Shown here piece after piece: positions 15,001 to 26,717 of a stretch of DNA of 64,000 bases. A program made the position numbers and the translations under genes. The stretch's first letter is position 1. Every line of letters begins with the position of its first letter. This DNA comes from Azolla caroliniana. Lineage: Eukaryota; Plantae; Polypodiophyta. The notes under the pieces are model-generated. The model was not told the DNA's origin and searched no databases. It saw only the letters and a program-made list of their open reading frames with translations. The stretch is taken from contig JBHGNT010000002.1 in the NCBI GenBank assembly GCA_043228905.1, forward strand, positions 23,064,001 through 23,128,000, in the 5' to 3' direction.

Positions 15001-17028
15001 CTAGGTTTGCCATGCGTTTTTTTGTGGAAAAAGCCATCGAGGGCATTGAGATGATATTGTATCTCTTCATGAGGTTCAGAGACCAAGATTATGTCATCAG
15101 CATAAAGGACGTGAAGAAGTGTACCTAATATGTTGATTCCCTTGCCAACTCCATGTATGATTTAGTCAGCTACCACATCGATGTGGAGTCTGAAGAAGGT
15201 AGTGGAGAGTGGGCACTCTTACTTCACATCAATGATGCTTGTGATTACCTCTGAAAGCCCCCTGGACACCTAAGTTGTCCACCACTTGCTCATATAATGT
15301 ATATACAGCTGACATCAAGTCAGAGGGAAATTTGAGTGCAGTCTTTGCAGGAAATCTTCCGTTGGTACAGTTTTGCCTTCATTGCATGCTTGAGTGATCC
15401 ATGGCACACATTGTTTATGATCAATTTGCATCTTTGTCTGGTCATCATCAAAGAAAATACGGAAGCCATCCAACCCTCATAATAATATGACTCACTTTTT
15501 GAGGAAGACAAGTCTTCCTACTTCATTCGAAAATTGTACAATGAGGGCTTAAGCCTTAGTGGCGTCTTTTCCCAGTCTCCAGGATTTGGTGAAGGGAACT
15601 GGTTCTTCCTTGCTATACTCAAGCTTGGTACATAATGTCCTTCCTTCTTGGGCAGGGGTGACATTAAGTGACTCGGGGATACCTGTGACTCGCATATTGA
15701 GTTGTCCTCTCTTCTTCAATTGTACTCTACATAAGTTCGATTCCTTCTTGTTGTACTTGTATTTCAACTTCCTCCACCCATCCCGAATCCTTTCCTTTGA
15801 TTTTTTGAGAGTGAGAATGAGAGATGCAAAACCATGTAGATTCTTGGGGCACTTCCGTCCTGAGGTTGGCAAGCTTGAAATTTGGGAGCTAGAATCAAGT
15901 TCTCAATTGGAGATCAGGAGAGCAGGAGACGATCCAATGAATGATTTGAGGTTATTTTGTACTCTTTTCCACCTGTGAAAACTTTTAGGTTGTAAATCTT
16001 TTCATAGCTGATGGAACAATATTGTGCCGTCCATCAGGATACCTTTCAAAAGATCCCGTTCTGTTGGGAATATGCAAGAGCAAAATGTGGAACCTGCCTT
16101 GACCTCAGAAACGTTGCCCACAACTCTTGTCAAGAAAACAGTCTCGATAAGAAGGCCGAATCTGGATATGTCAAAGAGAGGGATAACTATCAGTGAAGCT
16201 GAACTGAAAAATTGCTTGGAAGAAGCTGGTGGTTTAGAAAGCATACCAATAAACAGGTTGACATCATCGTCTTTACCTGAATGCTCCATCCTCATCATTT
16301 TTCAGTGTTTGTTTCGGATGTTTCAAATTTTCTTGTTCTTTTCAGCTCTGGCAGCAAAGACTCACTGTTACTAATCACCCCTGAGGAGAATGCAGAAATT
16401 TATGAAAGCCTTTCTGGTGATGTTGATGCTGAACTGTCATCATTGTCTGGTATCTCCTGTGCTGATAAGACACAGGAAAGGTGTGGATACCATCTCCTAT
16501 CATCTGGAGTGACGATTATCTTGTAGAATGTATCATGGAGAAGACTTATGAACAGGGCTTTCATCTTTCTTTATAGGATCTCGATCTCTGCGACTGAGGG
16601 CAGCGCATGCCCAGATAATGGAATCTCATCTCACATTCTGGAGCCAGAGACAAACAACGATGATAAAGATGATTGTTTTGAGGTAAGTTGGAGAGAGATT
16701 TTTAAGCAATGAATTTGTTTCGGGTCTATGCCTTACACAGAATTGGGAAAGGCCAACCTTTATATATGCATGCGGTTGCTGCTATTTTTCTGCTTATATG
16801 ATCTGTGGTTGGTGCCTGCAGGACTTGAATACACTCTTGAAGAAGGCCAAATTGTATAAATCGGAAAGCAGCATGGGTTTGGAACACGAGGACAAGAAAA
16901 AGGAGAAAGAATGTAGTCTATCTTCGCTGGTCAATACATTTTCCGAAGAATTTAGACGTTGGATTGAGAATGAAAATTGTTCTGGCTTTAATTACTGGCT
17001 AACCTGTTTGCCATTGCAAAGCTCTTGA
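16..17028 (+). CDS. SAC-domain phosphoinositide phosphatase (FIG4/plant SAC1-SAC5 type), multi-exon; first exon(s) lie upstream of the window
   Basis: GT-AG exons join in frame: 16-202, 309-474, 568-790, 5011-5087, 5175-5350, 5419-5516, 6804-6937, 7009-7146, 8490-8787, 8884-9005, 15840-15950, 16038-16256, 16346-16480, 16577-16682, 16822-17028 (TGA). Motifs: GIVGFVKFLEPYY, KDFFYSYTY, FVWN, LIARRSRHFAGTRYFKRG, VANDVETEQ, QHRGSIP, catalytic RTNCIDCIDRTN (8575-8610), QYGGS, EKQDAIN-FLG. The C-terminal exons are less conserved and less certain. Confidence 0.9.
663..1911 (+). repeat. Tandem amplification of the 3' half of SAC exon 568-790 plus its donor and flanking intron; includes five 122-bp units (1061-1670)
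   Basis: The unit start ATTTTTCCTCGATAG recurs at 1061, 1183, 1305, 1427 and 1549. Exon-like copies (GAAGTAGAGCCCATGCCTTATGATG...CAG|GTAACAC) are at about 926-1035 (internally deleted) and 1659-1781. Confidence 0.93.
3450..4400 (+). mobile_element. Highly degenerate L1-like LINE ORF2 remnant (endonuclease end and linker) in a SAC intron
   Basis: Broken + strand frames give VRLDW, SSWKLNLSIV, ILSQEFVGIFKSFF and EELNHPLNIPEI. These are in the order expected for L1 ORF2 (RLDR, WKLN, FY..L, L..PIT.EEI). Many stops; boundaries approximate. Confidence 0.4.
7310..8126 (-). mobile_element. Solo LTR (817 bp) in SAC intron 7147-8489
   Basis: Ends TGTCG...CGACA form terminal inverted repeats, flanked by direct repeat ACGG (7306-7309 and 8127-8130). 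The TATA-like CTATAAAAGG reads on the - strand near 7735-7744. No internal coding sequence. Confidence 0.8.
9330..10380 (-). mobile_element. LINE A, reverse-transcriptase part (decayed non-LTR retrotransposon)
   Basis: Minus-strand broken frames: LIYA..IFNRALVEGLPNTW, GQARFRKAFST, FCKAFDIV, GVKQ*CPL, FYVDD (YADD equivalent), IKIVDS*VNLG. Confidence 0.75.
10381..12810 (-). mobile_element. Truncated Ty1/Copia LTR retrotransposon: short or partial 5' LTR, PBS, gag, protease, GAG-pre-integrase and the first half of RT; integrase core and 3' end missing
   Basis: PBS TGGTATCAGAGC (12657-12646). Gag KLDGTNYPLW...DAQAHALIALSV from 12319, with stops. Zinc knuckle CKYCKGIDHIIKNC. Protease WYFDSG..KH, then LVPGIKKNLLSVS and LYKL. 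RT KWVYKLK, ARLVAK, GIDFDETFAP, QLDIKTAFLNG, LYGLKQAPRSW. Confidence 0.93.
12646..12657 (-). other. Primer-binding site complementary to the tRNA-iMet 3' end
   Basis: The + strand reads GCTCTGATACCA, i.e. TGGTATCAGAGC on the - strand, immediately after the LTR-terminal CA at 12660-12659. Confidence 0.9.
12811..13470 (-). mobile_element. LINE A, upstream part (EN-RT linker), separated from its RT part by the Copia
   Basis: The minus strand gives PITSPFFTS / IEMTIQHLK. This matches the FT..EI...I..LK.GKA motif that immediately precedes the LIYA..IFN segment resuming at 10380. Confidence 0.55.
13522..15800 (-). mobile_element. LINE B: internally deleted two-ORF non-LTR element (RTEX/L2-like), from ORF1 remnant to 3' UTR
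   Basis: ORF1-like LNMRVTGIPE...RLGK...LIVQF...IFFDDDQT...EGK (about 15730-15370). RT VK*ECPLS..F..HID, HVLYADDIILVS (about 15080-15113) and VVDSYVYL. C-terminal IPRAERFCRLC (ORF 14036-14344). 3' UTR ends in a short (TTTC)n tail near 13522. Confidence 0.8.
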
Positions 17029-18924
17029 GGCTCACTGAAGTATATCAAAAAGCAGTTTGTAAAGCTCGCCATCTGTAAATTATACCCATCCCATTGTAGT
17101 TAAAATGGTGTCCGCAATTTGATTTTTATGCTGTCCAGATTCTAGTCAGATGGCAAAGGTATATCAAAAACATTTGAGGGCTTGTAATTATCTACATGCT
17201 AATTTCTAAACATTTATTCAAACCTCATATTCATTCACATAGTGTTTTTTGACTTAGCTACATCTCAATCAGATACCTGTTGCTGGCATGTGTAAGAAGA
17301 TATGCTATCTTTCAAGTAGAAGGGCTGTGTTTATATTATGCATGAGCTCGAACATGAAGCAATTTGATCCTGTGATGTACACGAAGATCTGCGTGGAAGA
17401 ACATCTCCAATGCAACATTGGTTGCAAGCATTCATTGTGATTAAAAGTATCCCTTTGGAATATCATCCTCCCAAATGAAGATTAAGTATCCGAATATGTT
17501 GATATGATTTAAATTTTCCCAACTAAATTTGAGGTGTCATTCATTGGATGTCATCTTTGTACTTGTAAGTTTCTTGAAGTGGACTTTGAATAGCCAAACT
17601 CTTGGCTCTTTGTATATGATAGTTGCAACTTTGCAAGCATATGTGGTGAATTATTGGTAGCACATGGATGAGTATTGTGGTTGTATTTAAGGGTGGTGGA
17701 GCTGGGTGGGTCTCTCCCCCATCCCATAACAAGTGTTGGTAAGAAAACTTCTGAATGTGTTTGTTCGTTACTTCCTTTTTAATGTATGCTAATGTGGGGA
17801 TTGTTTCCACAGATTATAAATAATTCGTCTTAGAAAATTGTTATACAAGAGGATATATATACTATTATGGTGTTGCAAGTCAAATATGGCCTACGAGACT
17901 ATGGGGTGAAACATTAGTATGTGTGGAGGATAGGACAAGGTTGAAAATGTGTGGGAAGCATGAATGTATAACTAGGGCTTTAATGGAGATAGAGTGTGAT
18001 ATCTAGGATCATGAGCTAGTTTGGAGAAGACTAGGCATAGTTTGATAAATCTTTTAATACATGAAAGAGCATGTGAGCTCAATTTTATGAAAGTAATGGT
18101 ATACATAGATGGTAGGCAAAGAGATGGGCTCTAACATGTATGGGTGAATCGTCACTCAAGGAAGATGGTTTCCTAGTTTTGTTGCAAGACAAGAGAAAAC
18201 AATTCTATGCCCTACAATTTTCAGTAGGGAAAAATGTATCGGGCCACTTTTCTTTTTCCATCAGCTGCATAACAACAATACTCTTCGAAAAATAACGACA
18301 GTAAAAGACAAGATTATCCTTATTATGGCAGAAAAAAGAGGGAGGAACCCAAACTCTGTGTGTGTGTGTGTGTGTGTACAAGAGAGAGAATGTGATTGTG
18401 TACCGTAAAAGTTGATTCTTATTGTGAAGGATATATACTTTTGAGGCGGTGTAAAATGTGTTGTTATTCTAGAAAAACCAAGGGTGTATCGAGTAGATAT
18501 TATTACGGGTCCTTGGCGATTGTGAGATGAGGGACAATAAGCCTCAGGACGCTGATAAATATTCAAAAGCTAGCGCTATCCTCTCGTATGTATGGGAACA
18601 ATAAAAAGTGGTTCCACATTCTCTGTCTCTCTATCTCTCTCTCTGTCCCAAGGCTCTTTTTTTTACACAAGACAAATCAAGTCAGTCAGTCAGTCTAATC
18701 TCATGTGTTTGTTGGTTGGGGTTGGATTGGATTTTTGTAATTTTGGGTGTAAAGCAACCCCAAAGTAAGAAAATAAAGGGTTTAAGGGTAAAACAGAGAG
18801 AGAAGAAACAGAGGTACTCTGTTCCTGCATTCCACCTCCATTCCTCCTCATCACCATCTCCATCTCCAATTTTGGTTTTCCCCTGCTCTGTTCTTACCTC
18901 CCCCAAAAACAAAACTCAACAGCC

Positions 18925-21465
18925 ATGTTTGCAGCAACAGCAACAGCAACTACTCGAGCCCCTTTGCCTCCAACCTCACCTTTCAGCACCGAGCCGAGGT
19001 AAACAAAAACCAAGAAACCTCTCTGATCTTTTTTCATCCCTTCCATTTAAGAGATTCATCGATCCCTTCCCTGCTTTTCCTGTTCTTTTCGGTGCAGGAG
19101 AAGATGGGGCCGTGTCGTCGCACCCAGATGCGCAACTTTGCAAGCTCCCCCACTGCCCATGAGAAGCCATGAACTCAAAAACAGGTTTCTCTCTTTCTGT
19201 CGATATTAATCCTGATGATTTCATGTCTATCTATATGAATGTATGTGTGTGTGTATGTGTATGTGAAACTATATACGCACGTGGAACCAAAATCTTTAGG
19301 TTTCGATGAGTTTATGCAACCATTAGGATTCTCCAGAAACACTGGAATACAGAAAGGGGGAAGCTGGTGACAAAGTTGTCTTCCTTAATCGATTACAGAA
19401 AGGCAGCAATTATGCCCCAGTTGCTGCCTTTATGTATTATGTACAAGTTGGTTATTATGAATTAAGAATTCAATGGAATTCAGCCGATCCATCTTTATGA
19501 GGCATGACATGAATGTGCTATGAAAAATGCAAAATTGACCAAATTGCATGAAATGAATAAACATGAGAAGCCATGAATTGCATAGTAATTTCCTTACAGT
19601 TTTCTTCAGGAAGAATCATCAAGGGCTGCACTTTTCTTCTTTCTATGATTCATAACATTTTTCCGTTGCATTTTTTCGCAAAAATGCAAACAAGTTTACC
19701 TGTCTTAACCAAAAAATCAGTTTCCTCTCTGCAAACTCAAGGGAGTCATTGACGTCAGAGGGTAACAAGCTACAACCCAACCCCTGGAAACAAAACCAAT
19801 GGTTTAAACCTATTTCAGCATTAAAAGCAATATATACAGATTTCAATGTGTTCTCTACTGAGCATTCTAGAAAAGAGAGTAAGCTAAAGTTCTTGTAGGT
19901 TTTTGCCCTCCAACTGAATTTCAATTAGTCATAAGAATGGAGATATGTTTGAATAAGGCGGGTCTTTTTCATGCTGTCCTCAAACAAATATCTTAGCCCT
20001 CTTGTCTATTTACTCATTTATAACGTTTAAGTGGATATTTATGCCTGACCTCACTCAGAATTGTACCTTATAAGAACACCTTTAATTGGGCACACATATC
20101 AGAATGCAATTATAATTGGACTGACCAAATGCTAATCCTTTGGCCTCTGGTGGCTCCTTGCATCTACTTCGGCCCTTGACCACTTTAAACTGGCCATTCG
20201 ACGTCATCTTGCTTGATTTCAAGAGTTTCAAGAGTTCTTAGAAGCAAGTGAAGATTAAATTTTTTATTTATTCAATAACATCATAAAAGAGAACAAAACT
20301 AAAACCTGTTGACAACCAGGTATATACATGTCACTGTATCATTTAGGAATGATCGCACACACATAAAGATATGCATATATATTTATCTATATAGAGATGC
20401 ATATGTATCAGCTTATGAAGGTTAATTTATGAATTTAACTTGCCTTTGGATGTCTGTAAAATGGGTGCCTTTTAGTCAAGAATAACATTAGAATTTCTGT
20501 TGGAAGGTGGATTTCTAGTGTTACCCTGGTGGAAAAAAGGAAATAGTCGTTTGGAAGGGGCATTGCAACCAGCAAACCTTTGCAATATGACTACTAACCA
20601 CAAAATATTGTTTGGATGATCCATTGCCTATAGACTAGTTTTGAACTTGGGCTTTCATTTTAGAACGATTTGTGTGTGTGTGTGTGTGTGTGTGAGTGAG
20701 AGAGAGAGAGAGAGATCATGTCTGCCATTTGCATTGGCCATTAGGTAGCCTGACAGATATAAATTCACTCTGAGGAATTAAGTGAGGAGGATAAAGTGGG
20801 CAATCGATTGGGGCTCGCTTGATATTGCATCCGCACCAATTGTAGTTATAAATTCTGTAATATACAATTTAAGAAGGAAGAAAGAAAAATTAAGGTTTGC
20901 TAGATGCCAAAGTTGGGCTATGAGACATCTCATGATAACAAAAATGAGTGATTCATGTCCATACTAAAACAAAAATAGAAGACTGAGGTTTCCTAAATCT
21001 CCATGATCATTATCTTAAGGCATGTGGTGGAAAGATTTTTGACATGGTTTATGAGCATGAAGTGCATCAGAGCTTTTGTGACTGGACTGCGGTGAAATGA
21101 TGCTATGATAAAATTAAAAAAGTGTATCTGGCTGTCTTTGTGTGGATCAGACGTGCAAGAAATGGTCTCCGTAATTTGGTGATGGTTTGCCCATGTGCCT
21201 TATATCGTGGTATTCGCGGTCTCCTATGTTATCAGCATTCCTCCTGCTCCTGCTATGATGACTCCTCGGCATATTGTTACAGGAGGTAAAGAGCTATGGA
21301 AGAAATCAGTGGTGTGTGATCGTAGATGCATCCTGCATGCTAATGAAAGGGTTGATTTCCAATGCTTTTGAAGCTCAAGCAACATTTGGCCAGACTGATG
21401 TGGCAGCCTTCTTTATCATGTGTTGAATGGTGATCTGCATAGAGGGTAGTATACTTATTTCTTGG

Positions 21466-21497
<32 letters not shown>

Positions 21498-22701
21498 TCT
21501 CGTGTTTGGAGGTCAAATATGACCTTAGACAAAAAATATAGCGTTTTCACATAATACATGTGAAAGTGAGTTGCGACTCTCTATGTTCAAGAACTTTGCT
21601 AGTGAATGTCAAAATTGAGAGAGAGAGGAGAGAGAGTATTTTTACCGGAGTTAAGTTGATTATATGTGAATGTCACAATTGATTGAGAGGAAAGAGAGAG
21701 GTTGCGTTTGCCACAATTAAGTTGATTCTATGTTTTTAAATGTTTTTCTTTTTTGTTCCTATCACACTTGCAGTACACCAGTGGAAGACATCAGAAAGCT
21801 GAGGCTGATCACAGCAATCAAGACACCCTACCTACCAGACGGAAGATTTGATCTGGAGGCATATGATGAATTGATCCACATTCAGATAAAGAACGGAGTT
21901 GAAGGAGTTATTGTTGGGGGTACAACAGGGGAAGGGCAACTGATGAGCTGGGATGAACATGTCATGCTTATTGGTCATACTGTTAACTGTTTTGGAGGTG
22001 ACATCAAAGTGATTGGCAATACAGGAAGCAATTCGACCCGGGAAGCGATACACGCGACAGAGCAAGGATTTGCCGTGGGAATGCATGCAGCACTCCATAT
22101 CAATCCTTATTATGGAAAAACTTCCCATGAGGGTCTCGCAGTTCACTTCCAAAGTGTTCTCTCCATGGGCCCAACGGTGATTTACAATGTCCCATCAAGA
22201 ACAGGACAAGATATTCCTCCTAGCATTGTTGAGAAGGTCGCAGATAGCCGGAATTTCGCAGGCATCAAGGAATGTGTTGGGAATGATCGGATACAGGGCT
22301 ATACCAAGCAAGGGATGACGGTGTGGAGTGGTAATGATGATGAATGCCACGATGCAAGGTGGGATTACGGGGCACGAGGAGTCATCTCAGTGGTCAGCAA
22401 CTTGATCCCAGGGCTGATGCATAACCTCGTGCTGAAAGAGAAAGATACTGCATTGAATGCAAAGCTCTTGCCTCTTATAAAGTGGTTGTTTATGGAACCC
22501 AACCCAATTGGCCTCAACACAGCTCTGGCACAGTTGGGTGTTATCCGACCCATATTTAGGCTTCCTTATGTTCCCTTAGGCATAAAAAAAAGAGAGCAAT
22601 TTGTGCAGATAGTGTTAGATATAGGCCGAGAGCACTTTGTTGGCAGCAGTGACGTGCGAACTTTAGAAGACGACGATTTTCTTCTGCTGGGACGATATTG
22701 A
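18925..22701 (+). CDS. DHDPS: 4-hydroxy-tetrahydrodipicolinate synthase (dihydrodipicolinate synthase), plastid-targeted
   Basis: Exons 18925-18998, 19098-19184 and 21774-22701. The Ala/Thr/Arg-rich transit peptide ends [10 protein letters not shown]. Motifs: [53 protein letters not shown]-terminal [10 protein letters not shown]. Confidence 0.97.
20870..21435 (-). mobile_element. 5'-truncated 3'-end copy of the LINE B family in DHDPS intron 2
   Basis: Collinear similarity to 13525-14040, e.g. CCATACTAAA.CAAAAA, AGGTTTCCTA, GGAGGTAAAGAGCTATGGAAGAAATCAGTG (identical) and ATGCTTTTGAAGCT. Flanked by (GA)n tracts. Confidence 0.75.
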
Positions 22702-24412
22702 TTTGTTTGGTTTTCAGGATGTGGACTTTGGAAAGCACTCTTGGTTGCACATCTCAATCTAGGAATTATAATGTTTCTACACTTCTCTTGAAAACTTCAG
22801 TTTGGTTTTCTTTGATTATCCTTTATGATGACTACTAACTGGAAGATATTGCTGTGCACGGCCCTCGAAGAAAATATTCCATGTGGTTGATATATTATGT
22901 GAAAGACTAAAGTTTACTGAGAATCCCAACTTGAATAATGGAGTAAGATTTGTAGAAATACAACCCATCTTTCTATGTTTTGTAGTTTCAATTAGCTTTC
23001 TCCCTTTTTTAAAGATAATTTCAGATCAATCTTGATGCCTTGTTTGGGTATATAATGTATAAAGTTAGGGTTTTATTATTGGGGGGTCATGGGCATGCAA
23101 GTTATGTTTAATATTGCCAGATTATGATTAAGTTGTGCACATTTAATGAAGTTGCCTACCTACCTAGTGCTCTCCCTACCCCCACCATCAGAATGGGGGA
23201 AGAAAAGAGACTTTAAGATATGAGACGATCTTACTTGTATCATGAAGGAACACTTATCATGTGGTAAGCTTCTTTGGTGAATTTAAGTCATGATAGACAG
23301 TGAAGATAACAAATAGCATTTTACCGGAATGCTCATTGATTGCAATATGGAATATGTGGATTTCTATTTGCTTAGTAGTTGGCTTAATGATAGAAATAAC
23401 TATGGAATACTACTGATAAACAACATGTTCCATTGCATGAACAGGTTCAATTTAATGGCTATATTCAATAGATGACACACTTGTGATGCTCCCTTAAAGT
23501 TCATGTAATTTTAATTTAACATGACAATAATTGATCTTGTACATGTAGTATAATTTAACATGTAGTTAGACTTCCTAGTATAATGACTGAATTGAATGTT
23601 AATACTTGAAAATTATTATTGTGGGTTCATTCTATAAAAGACAAGTTTATATGAGCTTGAAGTATAAATGGTAGATGTTTTCGAGTTCTACTTAAATTGA
23701 ATTTCTATCTTATTAGAATTTAGGAGGCCATCGTAATTCCTCCTAGTTTTAGCTATGCAAATACTGGGGATTGCATAATTCTACTGTTAAATAATAAATG
23801 TGGTCATGTTATGAGTATTACCAATTGTGGTAAGAGAATTTTGTGTATATTTGTACATCGGGGTTATGATCTCACTTTCATGTCTTCTTTCACCCCATAC
23901 ATATGAAATTTTAGTTAACACATTATCTTACTTATGGGAATCCTTGAGTATGAAGAAAATCCACAAAGATCGATTACAAGAAGTTTGATTATGACTATCA
24001 AAAAAATAGGGCAAGAATGTGCCCATTGAGAAATTGTTGGAGGGAAATTTTGAGGCATCAACCCAAGTTATAAGTTGATTGACATTCAGTATTAGGTGTT
24101 CGAGTTTGGCAATGAACATAACAAGTTGTGCTTAGGATGACGAGCGACCATTGCATTGTTACATGTTCATGTTAGGATGGAGGGTGATTGCCGGTGTAAA
24201 ATCATGACTATATGGAAGTTTTTCCATGGACATTTAAGTAGAGTGAGATTCACTTGATGTGTATGGATTGTCTATGGTCATACCATCCACGAGTATGAAT
24301 TGATCTTTTTGTGACCTTCACTTCACACGAACCTAAAAGTTGGTCACATCTAGGAATTGGACAATAAGATATACGAGCATTGAAATTACTTCCATTACAA
24401 AAAAAAGATTCA

Positions 24413-24522
24413 TGATCTTGGGAATATGCACATCTATAACAATAAAATTTGGCTTTACAATTCATGATCATTGAATGGTAAAGCCAATTTTTATTGTTAT
24501 AGTATGCATATTCCCAAGATCA
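24413..24522. repeat. Near-perfect 110-bp inverted repeat (foldback or hairpin)
   Basis: TGATCTTGGGAATATGCACATCTATAACAATAAAATTTGGCTTTACAATTCA pairs with TGAATGGTAAAGCCAATTTTTATTGTTATAGTATGCATATTCCCAAGATCA, with few mismatches and a tiny loop. Confidence 0.9.
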
Positions 24523-24559
24523 CCAAGTTGTTGTAGAAAAAGAAATTCTAACTAGAATG

Positions 24560-24783
24560 CATAGTATGAACCGTGCATTCGCATTCGAGTATGGTAAACA
24601 CCCTTGAAGTATGGTAATTACCATACTTTTGTATTCATTATTTATTATAAGGCAAAAAAATAATTTTAAGGTAAGAATGTTAAGGTAAAAAGTGTAAAAA
24701 AAAACATATGAATGTTTTGATAACATACGCATTCGTATGAAAAAGAATATTTGCCAATGCATTTGAGTATATTACGTACTATG
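24560..24783. mobile_element. hAT-like non-autonomous element (MITE), 224 bp
   Basis: Exact 8-bp direct repeat CTAGAATG at 24552-24559 and 24784-24791. Termini CATAGTA...TACTATG are inverted. Internal perfect 22-bp palindrome AAGTATGGTAATTACCATACTT (24607-24628). Confidence 0.7.
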
Positions 24784-26409
24784 CTAGAATGTATAACAAT
24801 TTATATTGGAACGTATTGTTTCTTAGCTTGTGAGTCATTATGATATTCGATCTTGTTATGCTATAATATCTCTTTAGGAAAACAAAATCTCCACATGTCA
24901 ACCCTTACCTAACATTGAAGGAAAATATGAGCAATCCTTTGGAGCAAGTATCCATGGAAAACATTTCACATTGTAAAATTCCTCTTATAGATTACTAAAT
25001 TTGTAGCCCATCCCTCTTTACATTATCTCTCATGAGCATTTTATGATAGATATATATAATTAGGTAGATTTTTTGTGAATGTTCAGAGGAGATAAATTCT
25101 TTTTACCAATGGAACCTGGAATGATCCTCCTATTTTCAACAACATTTTATGTTATCTATTTTTTGCATGTTACCTACTATCGATTGCAAAAATAGCACTC
25201 TGAAAATCAATCAAATCAACTTAATTCTGTTCCCTGGAGAACATGGAGGCGTGAGTTCTACCATAACTTGTGAATCATTTGCTTACAAATGCAAGGTAAT
25301 ATGCTAAATGCTCATGTTTTCTTACAATTTCATGGAAGTTGGGTACACTATTATGTATTAACAACACATAATCCTGTCCACATTGTAGAGAACCGACCCC
25401 ACTCCTAAACCGTACCTAAAATGATACTCCTATTGTCCATATAGTTGATGTTTTGTCTGCTTTCTGAGCATATATTCTCAATAATGAACATAACTCAATT
25501 GTTTGGATATAGATTAGAATTGCACTTTTCTTTCCGTAACTATGTTCCATGAATTTTTTATCACTTGCTATTAAGTTTTTTTGTGACAATATTACAAATG
25601 AGGCCATTAAGATTAGGTTCAAGATGCAATTCTTGGCATCCCTTTGGAAAAAAGATATTGTACAATTGAAATATTAGGAAGCAGATGAGTACAATGGCAA
25701 TTGAATTTGACCTCATAATGGAAGATTCTCAAATGCATTCATCATTCATTGACTTTTAACTCGTAAGCTATGTGGCAAAAATTGATCTTTTCAATGTTAC
25801 TAATATGGACTATTATTATTTTCATGCTACCAAGAAATCCTTGGCGATAAATGAGCATCAATTTGTGAGTCGTTGTCAAGTAAAAACAACCTTTAATGGT
25901 CAAACTTGCTATGAGAGATGTTCTTATCTAGTACAATGGGAATATGTTTCTCATTTGTCATGTCTTGGGAGAGACAAGAACATCTCTAAAGAACTGGAAT
26001 GAGCTAAAAGACCTAATTAATGATGACTTGCCTTGCAAATCATGCCTTGTCAAGCGGTGGATATGAAGTCTATAAACAAGTCTCTGTATCCTCCTCAACA
26101 CTTCTACTAAAGTAAGTCTCCTACCAGTGACAGGTCGCAACCATGATATCATTGAAGCATTATATGTGTATATCGATAACATTTATAACATATGCATGGT
26201 TTAAATTTACGACATGGTAGACTTGTGAGCAATGAGCTTTCCGGTAGTCCAATCACATGCATTTTGAATTTAAGTATATGATGTTACGACAACTTAGAAT
26301 ATTAGATCCTCATTAGAAAATGGTAGGTGTAGTAGCAAAAAGAAGATTTATTCTACATACACCTTGTAGGATACATAGCTATATAAAGTGGTTGCCCTTA
26401 CAATAGCAT

Positions 26410-26683
26410 ACTAAAGCAACACAATCACTCTGGGCCTAAAAGACAACACACGTTACTCCTTCGATACAGTATCCCTCTAAGACTAAAACAACACACAATA
26501 CTCCTCTGCACGGTCCTCCTCAGATTCGGTACCCCTCGAACTAAAACAACACAAATACGCCTCTGATATGGTATCCCACTGGGCTAAAAGACAAGACATG
26601 ATACTCCTTCGATATAGTATCTTTCTGGGACTAAAAACAACACACAATACTCCTCCGATATAGTATCCCATTGGGCCTAAAAC

Positions 26684-26717
<34 letters not shown>

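Noticed and set aside
21774-22701. Possible lysine-insensitive DHDPS variant
   Set aside because: The allosteric-site residues look canonical for plants (SWDEH with W and H; GSNSTRE with N and E), and the catalytic T, Y and K are intact.
22900-26400. Possible decayed gene or DNA-transposon remnants between DHDPS and DPM2
   Set aside because: No recognisable protein motif in any frame I tried. Only the hairpin and the MITE could be supported.
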